This document shows, one piece after another, positions 17,871 through 26,528 of a stretch of DNA of 64,000 nt (positions are counted from its first letter, which is position 1; every line of letters begins with the position of its first letter). The translations under genes and the position numbers were made by a program. Source of the stretch: Hydrogenophaga sp. (lineage in GTDB: Bacteria; Pseudomonadota; Gammaproteobacteria; Burkholderiales; Burkholderiaceae_C); contig NZ_JAHCKL010000001.1 of NCBI RefSeq assembly GCF_026125785.1, positions 2,949-66,948 on the forward strand. The letters are read 5' to 3'. The notes under the pieces are model-generated. The model saw only the letters and a program-made list of their open reading frames with translations, did not search any database and had not been told where the DNA came from.

Positions 17871-18668
17871 ATGAGCAAGACCTACAAGGACATCCTCTAT
17901 GACGTGCGCGATGGCGTCGTCCACATCACCATCAACCGGCCGGAGGTCTACAACGCCTTCCGCAACCAGACGCTGGAAGAACTGATCGACGCGCTGCGGC
18001 GCGCCGACGAGGAGCGCAGCGCCAACGTGATGGTGCTCAGCGGCGCCGGTGACAAGGCTTTCTGCACCGGCGGCGACCAGAAGGTCCACCTGAGCGAGGA
18101 TGGCCTGTACGGCCCGCGCGGCACGGTGGGCATGCCCATCGAAGAGATGCAGACCGCGCTGCGCGATCTGCGCAAGGTGTCCATTGCCAAGGTACAGGGC
18201 TTTGCCATTGGCGGCGGCAATGTGTTCGCCACCATCTGCGACCTGACCATCGCCAGCGAGAAGGCCACCTTCGGCCAGGTGGGCCCCCGCGTGGGCTCGG
18301 CCGATCCTGGCTGGGGAACCGCCTACCTGGCGCGTATCGTGGGCGAAAAGAAGGCGCGGGAAATCTGGTTCCTGTGCCGCAAGTACAGCGCCAACGAGGC
18401 TGCGGCCATGGGGCTGGTGAACAAGGTGGTGCCGCACGACCAGCTCGATGCCGAAGTGGCGCAATGGTGCAAGGAAATCAACGAGATGAGCCCGACGGCG
18501 CTGACCATCGTCAAGCGTTCCTTCGCGGCCGATACCGAGCACATCCGCGGCATCAGCTTCCAGGGTATCCAGACCGTCAAGCACTACTACCAGACCGAAG
18601 AGTCCAAGGAGGGTGTGCGCGCGTTCAACGAGCGCCGCAAGCCCGACTTCAAGAAGTACGCAAGTTGA
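17871..18668 (+). CDS. crotonase-superfamily enzyme of the MenB/BadI subfamily (candidate 2-ketocyclohexanecarboxyl-CoA hydrolase)
   Basis: ORF 16995..18668 trimmed to MSKTYKDILYD at 17871. It has FCTGGDQ, GGGNVFATICDLTIA, KKAREIWFLCRKYSA.EA..MGLVN.VVP and EGVRAFNERRKPDF, as in MenB/BadI. Confidence 0.75.
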   Translation: MSKTYKDILYDVRDGVVHITINRPEVYNAFRNQTLEELIDALRRADEERSANVMVLSGAGDKAFCTGGDQKVHLSEDGLYGPRGTVGMPIEEMQTALRDLRKVSIAKVQGFAIGGGNVFATICDLTIASEKATFGQVGPRVGSADPGWGTAYLARIVGEKKAREIWFLCRKYSANEAAAMGLVNKVVPHDQLDAEVAQWCKEINEMSPTALTIVKRSFAADTEHIRGISFQGIQTVKHYYQTEESKEGVRAFNERRKPDFKKYAS

Positions 18669-18746
18669 GGTGTATCCTCCTGCGCCGCTTCGCGGCTGGG
18701 GCGCGCGGGGCGGCGCTCGACGCCATGAACGATTGATAGGGCACCG

Positions 18747-20261
18747 ATGATTCATACCAACCTGGAAGAGGATGGCGTGCTGCTGGCCGCCATCGACATG
18801 CCCGGCCGCACCATGAACGTGTTCTCGTTCGAGCTCATGGACGCGCTCGACGCGCTGATGGCGCGCGTCGAGGACGACGAGGCGGTGCGTGCCGTGGTGC
18901 TGACCTCGGGCAAGGCGAGCTTTCTGGCCGGTGCCGACCTGGTCATGGTCAAGGGCTTCTGCGCGGAGGCGCGCTCCGCCACGCACGAGGCCATGTTCGA
19001 ACGCTGCGGTCGCCTGGGCCGCCAGTTCGTTCGTCTGGAAGCCAGTGCCAAGCCTTGGGTCGCTGCGGTCAACGGGCTGGCCATGGGTGGGGGGCTGGAA
19101 CTGGCCATGGCCTGCCGTGAACGCCTGGTGGCCGACGACCCGCGCATCCAGCTCGGCCTGCCGGAAATCCGCTGGGGCCTGCTGCCCGGAGCCGGTGGTA
19201 CGCAGCGCATGCCGCGGCTGCTGGGCTTCGAGCGTGGTCTGGAGATGTTGCTCAGCGGGCGCTCCATGGCGCCTGCGGAGGCGGTCACCAGTGGCCTGTT
19301 TGCCGAGGCCGTGCCGGGCGACAAGCTGCTCGACGCTGCCCGTGCCCGGGCGCGTGCCCTGATGGGGCAGGCCCATGATCCCGCGCGCAAGTTCGCACAC
19401 CTCGGGCAGGCCGACGTCCCCGCGTACAGCGAAGACACCGCGCGCGCCCTGGCGCGCCAGCATGGCGTTGACGCCGAAACCTTTGACCGTTATCCCGCCT
19501 ACAGCTCGATCATCGACAGCGTGCTCAAGGGGGCGCGACAGCCGCTGGCCGAAGCCACGGCCACCGAGATGAACGAGTTCCTGCGCCTGATGTTCAGCCC
19601 GGTGGCTGGCCGCATGGTGCGCACCCTGTTCCTGGAGCGTTTGCGCGCAGAGCGCGAACTGGCTCCGCCGCCGGGTGCACAGCTGACGTCCGTGCGCCAT
19701 GGCGCGTTCGGTGCCGGCCGGCAGTCCTGGGTGCAAGCCTTGGCCCGGGTAAAGAAACTGGACGTGGCCGAGGACGCCAGTCTGCCCGCCGATACGCTGG
19801 TGCTGAACGGTTCGCACCACGTTCTGGCCCGTGTGCTGGGTGACGAGGTGCACGCGGCTGCGCAGGAAACGGTGGCGGTGCTCGCGCCCGCCGGGCCGTA
19901 TGGACGGGTGATGGAGATCGTGGGGCAGGGGGACGGCGAGGCCGCCAGCCTGCTCGCCGCGCTGGCCCAGCGCCTCTGGGCCTTGCCCTGGCCTTCGGGA
20001 GGGCAGGCCAGCGAGCTGCGGGCATTGGCCGGCCAGGATCTGCCGGCGCAGGCCGCGCTGGCGTTGGCCTGGGTGGCCCGCTCTGGCGCTGGCGAGCCCG
20101 CGTTCTACGACGTGGCCGCCTGCCTGGCCGGTGTGTCGCCCGGATGGAGCGGCGGGCCCCTGGCCTGGTTCTGGGACGAGCAGGCGCAGGTCGCACTGGA
20201 CACGCGGGCCCGCGCAAACCTGGAAGCGGTGCGGCCGCGTCTGGCACGCGATTTCGCATGA
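18747..20261 (+). CDS. enoyl-CoA hydratase/isomerase domain protein with a degenerate FadB-like C-terminal region
   Basis: The N-terminal ~200 aa are crotonase fold (SGKASFLAGADL, NGLAMGGGLELAMAC). The remaining ~300 aa are Ala-rich with only a remnant FGAGRQS where a GxGxxG would be. Confidence 0.7.
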   Translation: MIHTNLEEDGVLLAAIDMPGRTMNVFSFELMDALDALMARVEDDEAVRAVVLTSGKASFLAGADLVMVKGFCAEARSATHEAMFERCGRLGRQFVRLEASAKPWVAAVNGLAMGGGLELAMACRERLVADDPRIQLGLPEIRWGLLPGAGGTQRMPRLLGFERGLEMLLSGRSMAPAEAVTSGLFAEAVPGDKLLDAARARARALMGQAHDPARKFAHLGQADVPAYSEDTARALARQHGVDAETFDRYPAYSSIIDSVLKGARQPLAEATATEMNEFLRLMFSPVAGRMVRTLFLERLRAERELAPPPGAQLTSVRHGAFGAGRQSWVQALARVKKLDVAEDASLPADTLVLNGSHHVLARVLGDEVHAAAQETVAVLAPAGPYGRVMEIVGQGDGEAASLLAALAQRLWALPWPSGGQASELRALAGQDLPAQAALALAWVARSGAGEPAFYDVAACLAGVSPGWSGGPLAWFWDEQAQVALDTRARANLEAVRPRLARDFA

Positions 20262-20719
20262 GCGTTGTGGACCGCGCCCACATCGGCTTCACCACCGAAC
20301 CCACCGAGGCGGTGGTGGACGCCTGGCGCGTGAAGCTGTTCTGCCAGGCCATCGGCGAGACCGACGCCGTGTACTGGGAGCCCGGCGTGGCGCGCGAGCG
20401 TGGCCTGCCCGGCTGCCCGGTCCCCCCCACCTTTCTCAAGGCGCTCGAAGGCGAGCACTTCAGCAGCGCCGCCATCCTGCAGCACCTGCAGGTGCCGGTG
20501 CGGCGTGTGCTGCACGCCGAGCAGAGCTTCGACTACTTCGCCGCGCTGTACGTGGGCCAGCGCGTGCGCATCCGCCGCCGCATCAGCGACATTCAGGACA
20601 AGAAGGGTGGGGCGCTGACCTTCGTACTGGTGGACACCGACTACCATGTCGGCGAACGCGCCGTGGCCAGCAGCCGCCAGTCCATCCTGGTGCGCAACCC
20701 GCAACCCACCCATGAGTGA
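20258..20719 (+). CDS. MaoC-N/hot-dog dehydratase subunit (non-catalytic partner type)
   Basis: The ATG at 20258 overlaps the previous stop (ATGA). Hot-dog-like sequence without the hydratase-2 motif, 153 aa. Confidence 0.7.
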   Translation: MSVVDRAHIGFTTEPTEAVVDAWRVKLFCQAIGETDAVYWEPGVARERGLPGCPVPPTFLKALEGEHFSSAAILQHLQVPVRRVLHAEQSFDYFAALYVGQRVRIRRRISDIQDKKGGALTFVLVDTDYHVGERAVASSRQSILVRNPQPTHE

Positions 20720-21113
20720 AACCACATTCCCCGAAACGCTGGAGCTGCGGTGCGGGCCGGTGTCGGCGGTCGACCTGGCGCTGTTCGCCGCCGCCTCGGG
20801 CGACCACAACCCCCTGCATCTGGATGCCGAGGTGGCGCGCGCGGCGGGCTTTGAGCGTCCGGTGGTGCACGGCATGCTCAGCATGGCTTTCGCCGGGCGC
20901 CTGTTCACCACGCGCTGGGGCCCAGGAGCGCTGGCGCACCTGCAGACCCGCTTCACCGCCGCCGCCAGCCTCGGGGACACCATCACCCTGCGGGCCGATC
21001 GGGAAGAAGTGCGCAAGGACGGCACGGCGCGCTACCGCCTGCAGGCCCGCAACCAGGCGGGTACCGCCTTGATCGACGGCCAGGCCCTGGTGCGCGGCCA
21101 GCCCCTGCAATGA
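20712..21113 (+). CDS. MaoC family (R)-specific enoyl-CoA hydratase, catalytic subunit
   Basis: The ATG at 20712 overlaps the upstream gene by 8 nt. It carries the hydratase-2 motif AAASGDHNPLHLDAEVARAAGF. Confidence 0.8.
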   Translation: MSETTFPETLELRCGPVSAVDLALFAAASGDHNPLHLDAEVARAAGFERPVVHGMLSMAFAGRLFTTRWGPGALAHLQTRFTAAASLGDTITLRADREEVRKDGTARYRLQARNQAGTALIDGQALVRGQPLQ

Positions 21114-22354
21114 GCGCGTTACACCTCACCGATGGGTTGCGGCCCGGTATGCGGGTGTTCCAGCCCGGCATGTCCAACGAGTCTGCACTGCTGGTGCGTG
21201 AGCTCACGCAAGACCCGGAGCGCGCGGCCGGCGTGACCTTCTGCGGCGTGCAGTTTCCCGGCATCGACAGCTTCGACCCGCTCGCCCTGCATCCGCGGGC
21301 GCGCCAGTGGTCCGCCTTCATGACGCCAGGCCTGCGCACCGGCCTGCGAGAAGGTCGCGCCGAGCTGGTGTCCATGGACTACGTGGCGCTGGCTCGTCAC
21401 CTGCAGACGGGTGAGCCCATGGACCTCGCCATCGCGCACCTGAGCCTGCCCGACGCCGACGGCTGGTGCTCCCCGGGCATGGCCGCCGACTTCCTGCCGC
21501 TCGTGTGGCCGCGCGCGCGTCGCCGCGTGGCCCACCTCAATCCGCTGATGCCGAGCCTGCAGAGCAGTTTCCGTGTGCACGTGTCTGAACTCGACGCCCA
21601 GGTGATTTCGCCAGAACCCTTGCTCGACTTCAAGGAGCCCACCGCGGGAGAGGTGGAACGGCGCATAGGCGCGCACGTGGCCGGCCTGGTGGACGACGGC
21701 GACACCTTGCAGTTCGGCATTGGATCGGTGCCCCTGGCCCTGGCCGATGCCCTCGTCGGCCACCGCCGCCTGCGCTTTCATGGCGGACTCATCAGTGGCG
21801 GGGTGCAGAAACTCTGGGAAGCCGGCGCGATGCACGAGCCCTCCGTGGTGACCACCGGCGTGGTGCTCGGCGATGCCGGCTTGCGCGAGTTCGCTGCGCG
21901 GCTGAGCCCCCTGCGGCTGACCTCGGTGGACCGCACCCACGACCTGTCCACGCTGGCCGCCATCCCTCGCTTCATGGCCATCAACAGCGCGGTGGAGGTG
22001 GATCTTTTCGGCCAGGTGAATGCAGAGCGCATGGCCCAGGGCATCCAGGCTGGCCCTGGTGGCCTGCCTGCCTTCGCGCTGGGCGCGAGGGCTTCGCGCG
22101 GCGGGCGTCTGCTGATCTGCCTGGCCGCGAGCGCACGCGGCGGCTCGGTCTCGCGCATCGTGCCCAGCCTGAGCGATTCGGCCCTGTGCACGCTGCCGCG
22201 CCACATGGCCGACATCGTCGTCACCGAACACGGCGTGGCCGATGTGCGGGACCTCGACGTGGATCGCCGCGCGCAGGCGTTGATCGAGATCGCCGCGCCT
22301 GAGCACCGTGCCGCGCTGTCCGAGGCCTGGTCGGGCATGCGGGGTAAGCTCTGA
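21110..22354 (+). CDS. acetyl-CoA hydrolase/transferase family CoA-transferase (Cat/RipA-like)
   Basis: ATGA overlap with the upstream stop. It has INSAVEVDLFGQVNAE, GPGGLPAF and VVTEHGVADVRD, typical of the C-terminal domain of this family. Confidence 0.75.
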   Translation: MSALHLTDGLRPGMRVFQPGMSNESALLVRELTQDPERAAGVTFCGVQFPGIDSFDPLALHPRARQWSAFMTPGLRTGLREGRAELVSMDYVALARHLQTGEPMDLAIAHLSLPDADGWCSPGMAADFLPLVWPRARRRVAHLNPLMPSLQSSFRVHVSELDAQVISPEPLLDFKEPTAGEVERRIGAHVAGLVDDGDTLQFGIGSVPLALADALVGHRRLRFHGGLISGGVQKLWEAGAMHEPSVVTTGVVLGDAGLREFAARLSPLRLTSVDRTHDLSTLAAIPRFMAINSAVEVDLFGQVNAERMAQGIQAGPGGLPAFALGARASRGGRLLICLAASARGGSVSRIVPSLSDSALCTLPRHMADIVVTEHGVADVRDLDVDRRAQALIEIAAPEHRAALSEAWSGMRGKL

Positions 22355-22356
22355 AA

Positions 22357-22824
22357 ATGCACACACCACCCGAAGGTTTCCATCCAGCCCCCGTGGGCGG
22401 CCGGTTCGCCATCCACAACGGACCGCTCTTCGCACGCTGGACGACCGACCAGCGCCTGGTGCTGGGCTTTCGCGTCGAGGAGCGCCACACCAACCCCGGC
22501 AACCAGTGCCATGGAGGGATGCTGGGTCTGTTCGCGGACATCTTCATCTCCACCGCGGCGCAGTACCAGACCGACATCCCGCGCCAGTTCCTGCCGACCA
22601 TCAGCCTGGACCTGGATTTCCTTGCAGGCGCGCCGCTGGGCAGTTGGATCGAGGGCCGGGCCGATGTGCTCAAGGTCACGCGCAACCTCATCTTCTCCCA
22701 AGGCCTGATCACCGCCGATGGCGAGCCCGTGGTGCGCGCCAGTGGGGTGTTCAAGCGAGGCCCTCTGTTGCCTGAAAGCGCCAGCGACACCTTCCTCACA
22801 TTGCCCGGCATGCACCGCAAGTAG
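22357..22824 (+). CDS. PaaI-family hot-dog thioesterase
   Basis: 155 aa with the HTNPGNQCHGGMLGLFAD motif region of PaaI/4HBT-type thioesterases. It starts 2 nt after the previous stop. Confidence 0.75.
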   Translation: MHTPPEGFHPAPVGGRFAIHNGPLFARWTTDQRLVLGFRVEERHTNPGNQCHGGMLGLFADIFISTAAQYQTDIPRQFLPTISLDLDFLAGAPLGSWIEGRADVLKVTRNLIFSQGLITADGEPVVRASGVFKRGPLLPESASDTFLTLPGMHRK

Positions 22825-22845
22825 GGTAGCGCGCCGGGTAGCGCG

Positions 22846-23865
22846 TCAGGGCAGCTCGGCGATGCGGATCAGCCGTTTGCCCAGGTTCTCGCCCCGGTAC
22901 AGACCGGCGATGGCGTCCGGCGCCTGCTCCAGGCCATCGAGCACGTCCTCCAGGTACACCAGGTCACCCGCGCGTATCCACTGCACGAGGTCGCGCCGCG
23001 CCACCGGCTGGTGTTGCGGATGGTCGAAGATCACGAAGCCGGCCATGCTGGCGCGTTTGACCAGCAGATGGCGCTCGACCCGTGGACCCTGGGGCCAGGG
23101 GCTCCAGCTGGACAGCGCGGCCGTCCCGCAGACCACCACCCGCGCGCCGATGGCGAGATGGCCCATGACCGCGTCGCTGATCGGTCCCGCGGTGTTGTCG
23201 AAGTACACGTTCACGCCGCCGGCACAAGCCTGCGCCAGTTGCTCGTTGAAGTCGGGCGCCTTGTAGTCGATGGCGACATCGAAGCCGAAGGTGTCCTTGC
23301 ACAGCCGCGTCTTGTGCTCACCACCCGCAATGCCCACGGTGCGGCAACCGTGCAAGCGCGCGATCTGCCCGGCGCAGGAGCCTACGGCCCCCGCAGCGGT
23401 GGAGACCACCACGGTGTCGCCAGCGCGCGGACGACCCAGTTCCAGCAACCCGTAGTGCGCGGTCACGCCGTTGATGCCCAGCACACCCAGGTACGCCTGC
23501 AGGGGCAGGCCCTCGTCGGCCACCACCTGCTCGATGGCGGCAGGCTCCACCACGGCGTAGTCCTGCCAGCCGAAGGACCCTGTCACCCGCGTGCCGACGG
23601 GCAGGTCAGGCACGTTGGAGCGGTCGATCCAGCCGGCCGCGAACGAACGCATCACACCGCCGATGGGCACGGGCTGCGAGTAGTTGGCCACGGCGCTGAC
23701 CCAGCCTCGCATGGCGGGCTCCACCGACAGGTAGGCGTTGCGCACCCGCACCTGGCCGGGCCCCGGCTCCACCGCCGGAGTGCTGGTGAGCTCGAAGTCA
23801 TCGGCCTGCGGGACCCCTGCGGGGCGGCGTGCGAGCAGTACCTGGCGGTTCCGGGGCGTGGTCAT
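22846..23865 (-). CDS. NADP-dependent oxidoreductase (medium-chain reductase, alkenal/enone reductase YncB/PTGR1-like)
   Basis: 339 aa. The N-terminus (NRQVLLARRPAGVPQADDFEL) and AAGAVGSCAGQIA nucleotide motif fit this family. Confidence 0.85.
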   Translation of the reverse strand: MTTPRNRQVLLARRPAGVPQADDFELTSTPAVEPGPGQVRVRNAYLSVEPAMRGWVSAVANYSQPVPIGGVMRSFAAGWIDRSNVPDLPVGTRVTGSFGWQDYAVVEPAAIEQVVADEGLPLQAYLGVLGINGVTAHYGLLELGRPRAGDTVVVSTAAGAVGSCAGQIARLHGCRTVGIAGGEHKTRLCKDTFGFDVAIDYKAPDFNEQLAQACAGGVNVYFDNTAGPISDAVMGHLAIGARVVVCGTAALSSWSPWPQGPRVERHLLVKRASMAGFVIFDHPQHQPVARRDLVQWIRAGDLVYLEDVLDGLEQAPDAIAGLYRGENLGKRLIRIAELP

Positions 23866-23929
23866 GCGTGTCTCCGATCATGGTTTCTACCAACATGCTA
23901 ATTGTACTCGTGTGGTAAAGTACGCAGGT

Positions 23930-23955
23930 GTACGATACAGGTACGAACACTAACG
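23930..23955. promoter_or_regulatory. candidate operator in a divergent promoter gap (site B)
   Basis: GTACGATACAGGTACGAACACTA matches site A at 20/23 positions. GTACG recurs at 23920, 23930 and 23941 (10-11 nt phasing). It has a GGTA-N7-TAAC dyad. Confidence 0.45.
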
Positions 23956-23972
23956 AAACGAAAGACAGAGAC

Positions 23973-24425
23973 ATGGCAGGGTTGTGGTTTGGAGACTTCC
24001 AGATCGGGCAGGTGTTCGATCACGAGATCCGGCGCACGGTGACCGAGGCGGACAACATGTGGTTCTGCAACGCCACGTACAACCCGGCGGCCATCCACAT
24101 CGACGCCGAGTACTGCAAGGGCACGGAGTTCGGCCAGCCGCTGGTCAACAGCATCTTCACGCTCGGCCTGGTCATTGGCCTTTCGGTGCAGGACACGACC
24201 CTGGGCACCACGGTGGCCAACCTGGGCATGACCGATGTGACCTTTCCCAAGCCGGTGTTTGCGGGTGACACGCTGCGTTCGCGCACCACGGTGCTTGAAA
24301 CACGGGAGAGCAAGTCACGCCCCAACGCGGGCATCGTGACCTTTTTGCATCAAGGTCTCAACCAGCGCGGCGAGGAAGTGGCGCGCTGCAAGCGCCAGGC
24401 GCTCATGCTGCGGCGGGAGGCGTGA
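23973..24425 (+). CDS. MaoC family dehydratase (itaconyl/mesaconyl-CoA hydratase-like)
   Basis: ORF trimmed to [13 protein letters not shown] at 23973. It has [12 protein letters not shown], a hydratase motif variant, and a hot-dog fold length of 150 aa. Confidence 0.8.
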   Translation: MAGLWFGDFQIGQVFDHEIRRTVTEADNMWFCNATYNPAAIHIDAEYCKGTEFGQPLVNSIFTLGLVIGLSVQDTTLGTTVANLGMTDVTFPKPVFAGDTLRSRTTVLETRESKSRPNAGIVTFLHQGLNQRGEEVARCKRQALMLRREA

Positions 24426-25300
24426 TGCCGCTGCGCTCCTTCCTGTTCGTGCCGGCCGACAGCGAACGCAAATTGGCCAAGGGCGTGGACAGCGGCGCCG
24501 ATGCGCTCATTCTCGACCTGGAGGATGCGGTGGCCTGGAGCAACAAGCCCCAAGCGCGCCGCATGGCCAGCGACTGGCTGGGCCGGCAGGCCAGCGCGCA
24601 CGGCGAGGGCCCGCGCCGTTTCGTGCGCATCAATCCGCTGGATTCCGGCCTCGCGCTCGAAGACCTGGCCGCCGTGGTGCAACCGGGGCTCGATGGCCTG
24701 GTGCTGCCCAAGCCGACCTCGGCCCAGGACCTGCTGCGTCTGCACCACATGCTTGAAGCGCTCGAGGTGCGCGCCGGCATGGCGCCCGCAAGCGTGGGTG
24801 TGATGCCGGTCATCACCGAGACACCGCAGGCCATGCTGAACATGAACACGTTCAGCACGCCGCAGCCGCGCGTGGTGGCCGTCACCTGGGGCGCCGAGGA
24901 CCTTTCTGCCGCGATTGGCGCGGTGAGCAACCGCGATGACGACGGCCAGTTCTCGCCGCTCTACGTCTGGGCGCAATCCTTGTGCCTGTGCGTGGCGGCC
25001 AGTTCGGGTGCGGTGGCCATTGACACGCTGCACGCCAACTTTCGCGACTCCGAGGGCTTGGCGGCCACCTGCCGCCAAGCACGCCGACGCGGCTTTGGCG
25101 GCCGCATCGCCATTCATCCGGACCAGGTGGCCACCATCAACGACGCATTCACCCCGAGCGAGGCCGAACTGGCGCATGCGCGCCGCGTGGTCGAGGCCTT
25201 TGCCCTGAACCCGGATGCCGGCACGCTGAGCCTCGACGGCGCGATGCTGGACATGCCGCACCTCAAGCAGGCGCGCAGGACCCTGGGCCTGCCCGCCTGA
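24425..25300 (+). CDS. HpcH/HpaI aldolase-citrate lyase beta family protein (CitE-like acyl-CoA lyase)
   Basis: LFVPADSERKLAKGVDSGADALILDLEDAV is typical of CitE/malyl-CoA/citramalyl-CoA lyases. Start is the ATG at 24425 or the GTG at 24422, overlapping the MaoC stop. Confidence 0.85.
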   Translation: MPLRSFLFVPADSERKLAKGVDSGADALILDLEDAVAWSNKPQARRMASDWLGRQASAHGEGPRRFVRINPLDSGLALEDLAAVVQPGLDGLVLPKPTSAQDLLRLHHMLEALEVRAGMAPASVGVMPVITETPQAMLNMNTFSTPQPRVVAVTWGAEDLSAAIGAVSNRDDDGQFSPLYVWAQSLCLCVAASSGAVAIDTLHANFRDSEGLAATCRQARRRGFGGRIAIHPDQVATINDAFTPSEAELAHARRVVEAFALNPDAGTLSLDGAMLDMPHLKQARRTLGLPA

Positions 25301-25334
25301 CCAGACCTCATACCGAACAGCAGGAGACAGCCGG

Positions 25335-26501
25335 ATGGACTTTTCGATCAGCGAGGATCACCGGGCCATACGCGAGGGCGTTGGCGCCGTCGCGCGCCGC
25401 TTTGGCGACGAGTACTGGCTTGCGCGCGACGAGGACGGCGAGTTTCCGCGTGACTTCCACCGTGCGATGGCGGACGCGGGCTGGCTGGGCATCACCATGC
25501 CGGTGGAGTATGGCGGTGCCGGCCTGGGAGTGACCGAGGCGGTGATCATGATGCACGAGGTGGCCAGCCATGGCGGCGGCATGTCTGCCACTTCCACCGT
25601 GCACATCAATCTGTTCGGTCCGCACCCCATCGTGGTGTTCGGAACCGATGAACAGCGTCAGCGCTGGCTGCCGCGCCTCATCGCGGGCGAGGACCAATGC
25701 TGTTTCGGTTTTACCGAACCGGATGCCGGCCTGAACACCACGGCCATCAAGACCTTCGCCGAAAAGGTGCCGGGCGGTTACCTGGTGCGCGGCCAGAAGG
25801 TATGGACCTCCACCGCCCAGGTGGCCAACAAGATCATGCTGCTCACGCGGACCACCCGCCTGGAAGACTGCAAGAAGCCCACCGACGGCATCACCATCTT
25901 CTACACCGATCTGGACCGCAGCAAGATCGAGGTCCGCAAGATCCCGAAGATGGGTCGCAAGTCGGTGGATTCCAACGCCATCTTCATCGACGGCCTGTTC
26001 ATTCCCGAGGCCGACCGCATCGGCGAGGAGGGCAAGGGCTTCAGCTACATCCTGCACAGCCTGAACCCGGAGCGCCTCCTGATTGCCGCCGAGGCCATCG
26101 CCATCGGGCAGGATGCGCTGCGGCGCGCCACGCAGTATGCGCGCGAACGCATCGTCTTTGACCGGCCGATCGGCATGAACCAGGGCATCCAGCACCCGCT
26201 GGCCGAGCGCTGGATGTCGCTGGAAGCCGCCTGGGCCATGACCATGAAAGGGGCCTGGCTCTACGACAGCCACCAACCCTGTGGCGCCGAAGCCAACACC
26301 GCGAAGTTCCTGGGCGCGCGCGCAGGACACGATGCCTGCCTGCAGGCGGTCATGACCCATGGCGGCTTCGGCTACGCCAAGGAATACCACGTCGAGCGGC
26401 TGCTGCGCGAGGTGACCATCACGCGCATTGCGCCCATCACCGAGCAGCTCATCCTCTCGTTCATCGCCGAGAAGGTGCTGGACTTGCCCAAGTCCTACTG
26501 A
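25335..26501 (+). CDS. acyl-CoA dehydrogenase
   Basis: 388 aa with the FGFTEPDAGLN motif region, a YDSHQ.. C-terminal helical domain and GGFGYAKEYHVERLLRE. Confidence 0.9.
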   Translation: MDFSISEDHRAIREGVGAVARRFGDEYWLARDEDGEFPRDFHRAMADAGWLGITMPVEYGGAGLGVTEAVIMMHEVASHGGGMSATSTVHINLFGPHPIVVFGTDEQRQRWLPRLIAGEDQCCFGFTEPDAGLNTTAIKTFAEKVPGGYLVRGQKVWTSTAQVANKIMLLTRTTRLEDCKKPTDGITIFYTDLDRSKIEVRKIPKMGRKSVDSNAIFIDGLFIPEADRIGEEGKGFSYILHSLNPERLLIAAEAIAIGQDALRRATQYARERIVFDRPIGMNQGIQHPLAERWMSLEAAWAMTMKGAWLYDSHQPCGAEANTAKFLGARAGHDACLQAVMTHGGFGYAKEYHVERLLREVTITRIAPITEQLILSFIAEKVLDLPKSY

Positions 26502-26528
26502 ACCCGAACCCACCACGCGAGGCCCGAC

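Noticed and set aside
17757-19853. 698-aa minus-strand ORF
   Set aside because: It is antisense to the BadI-like and FadB-like genes. Composition is low-complexity and Arg/Gly/Ala/His-rich.
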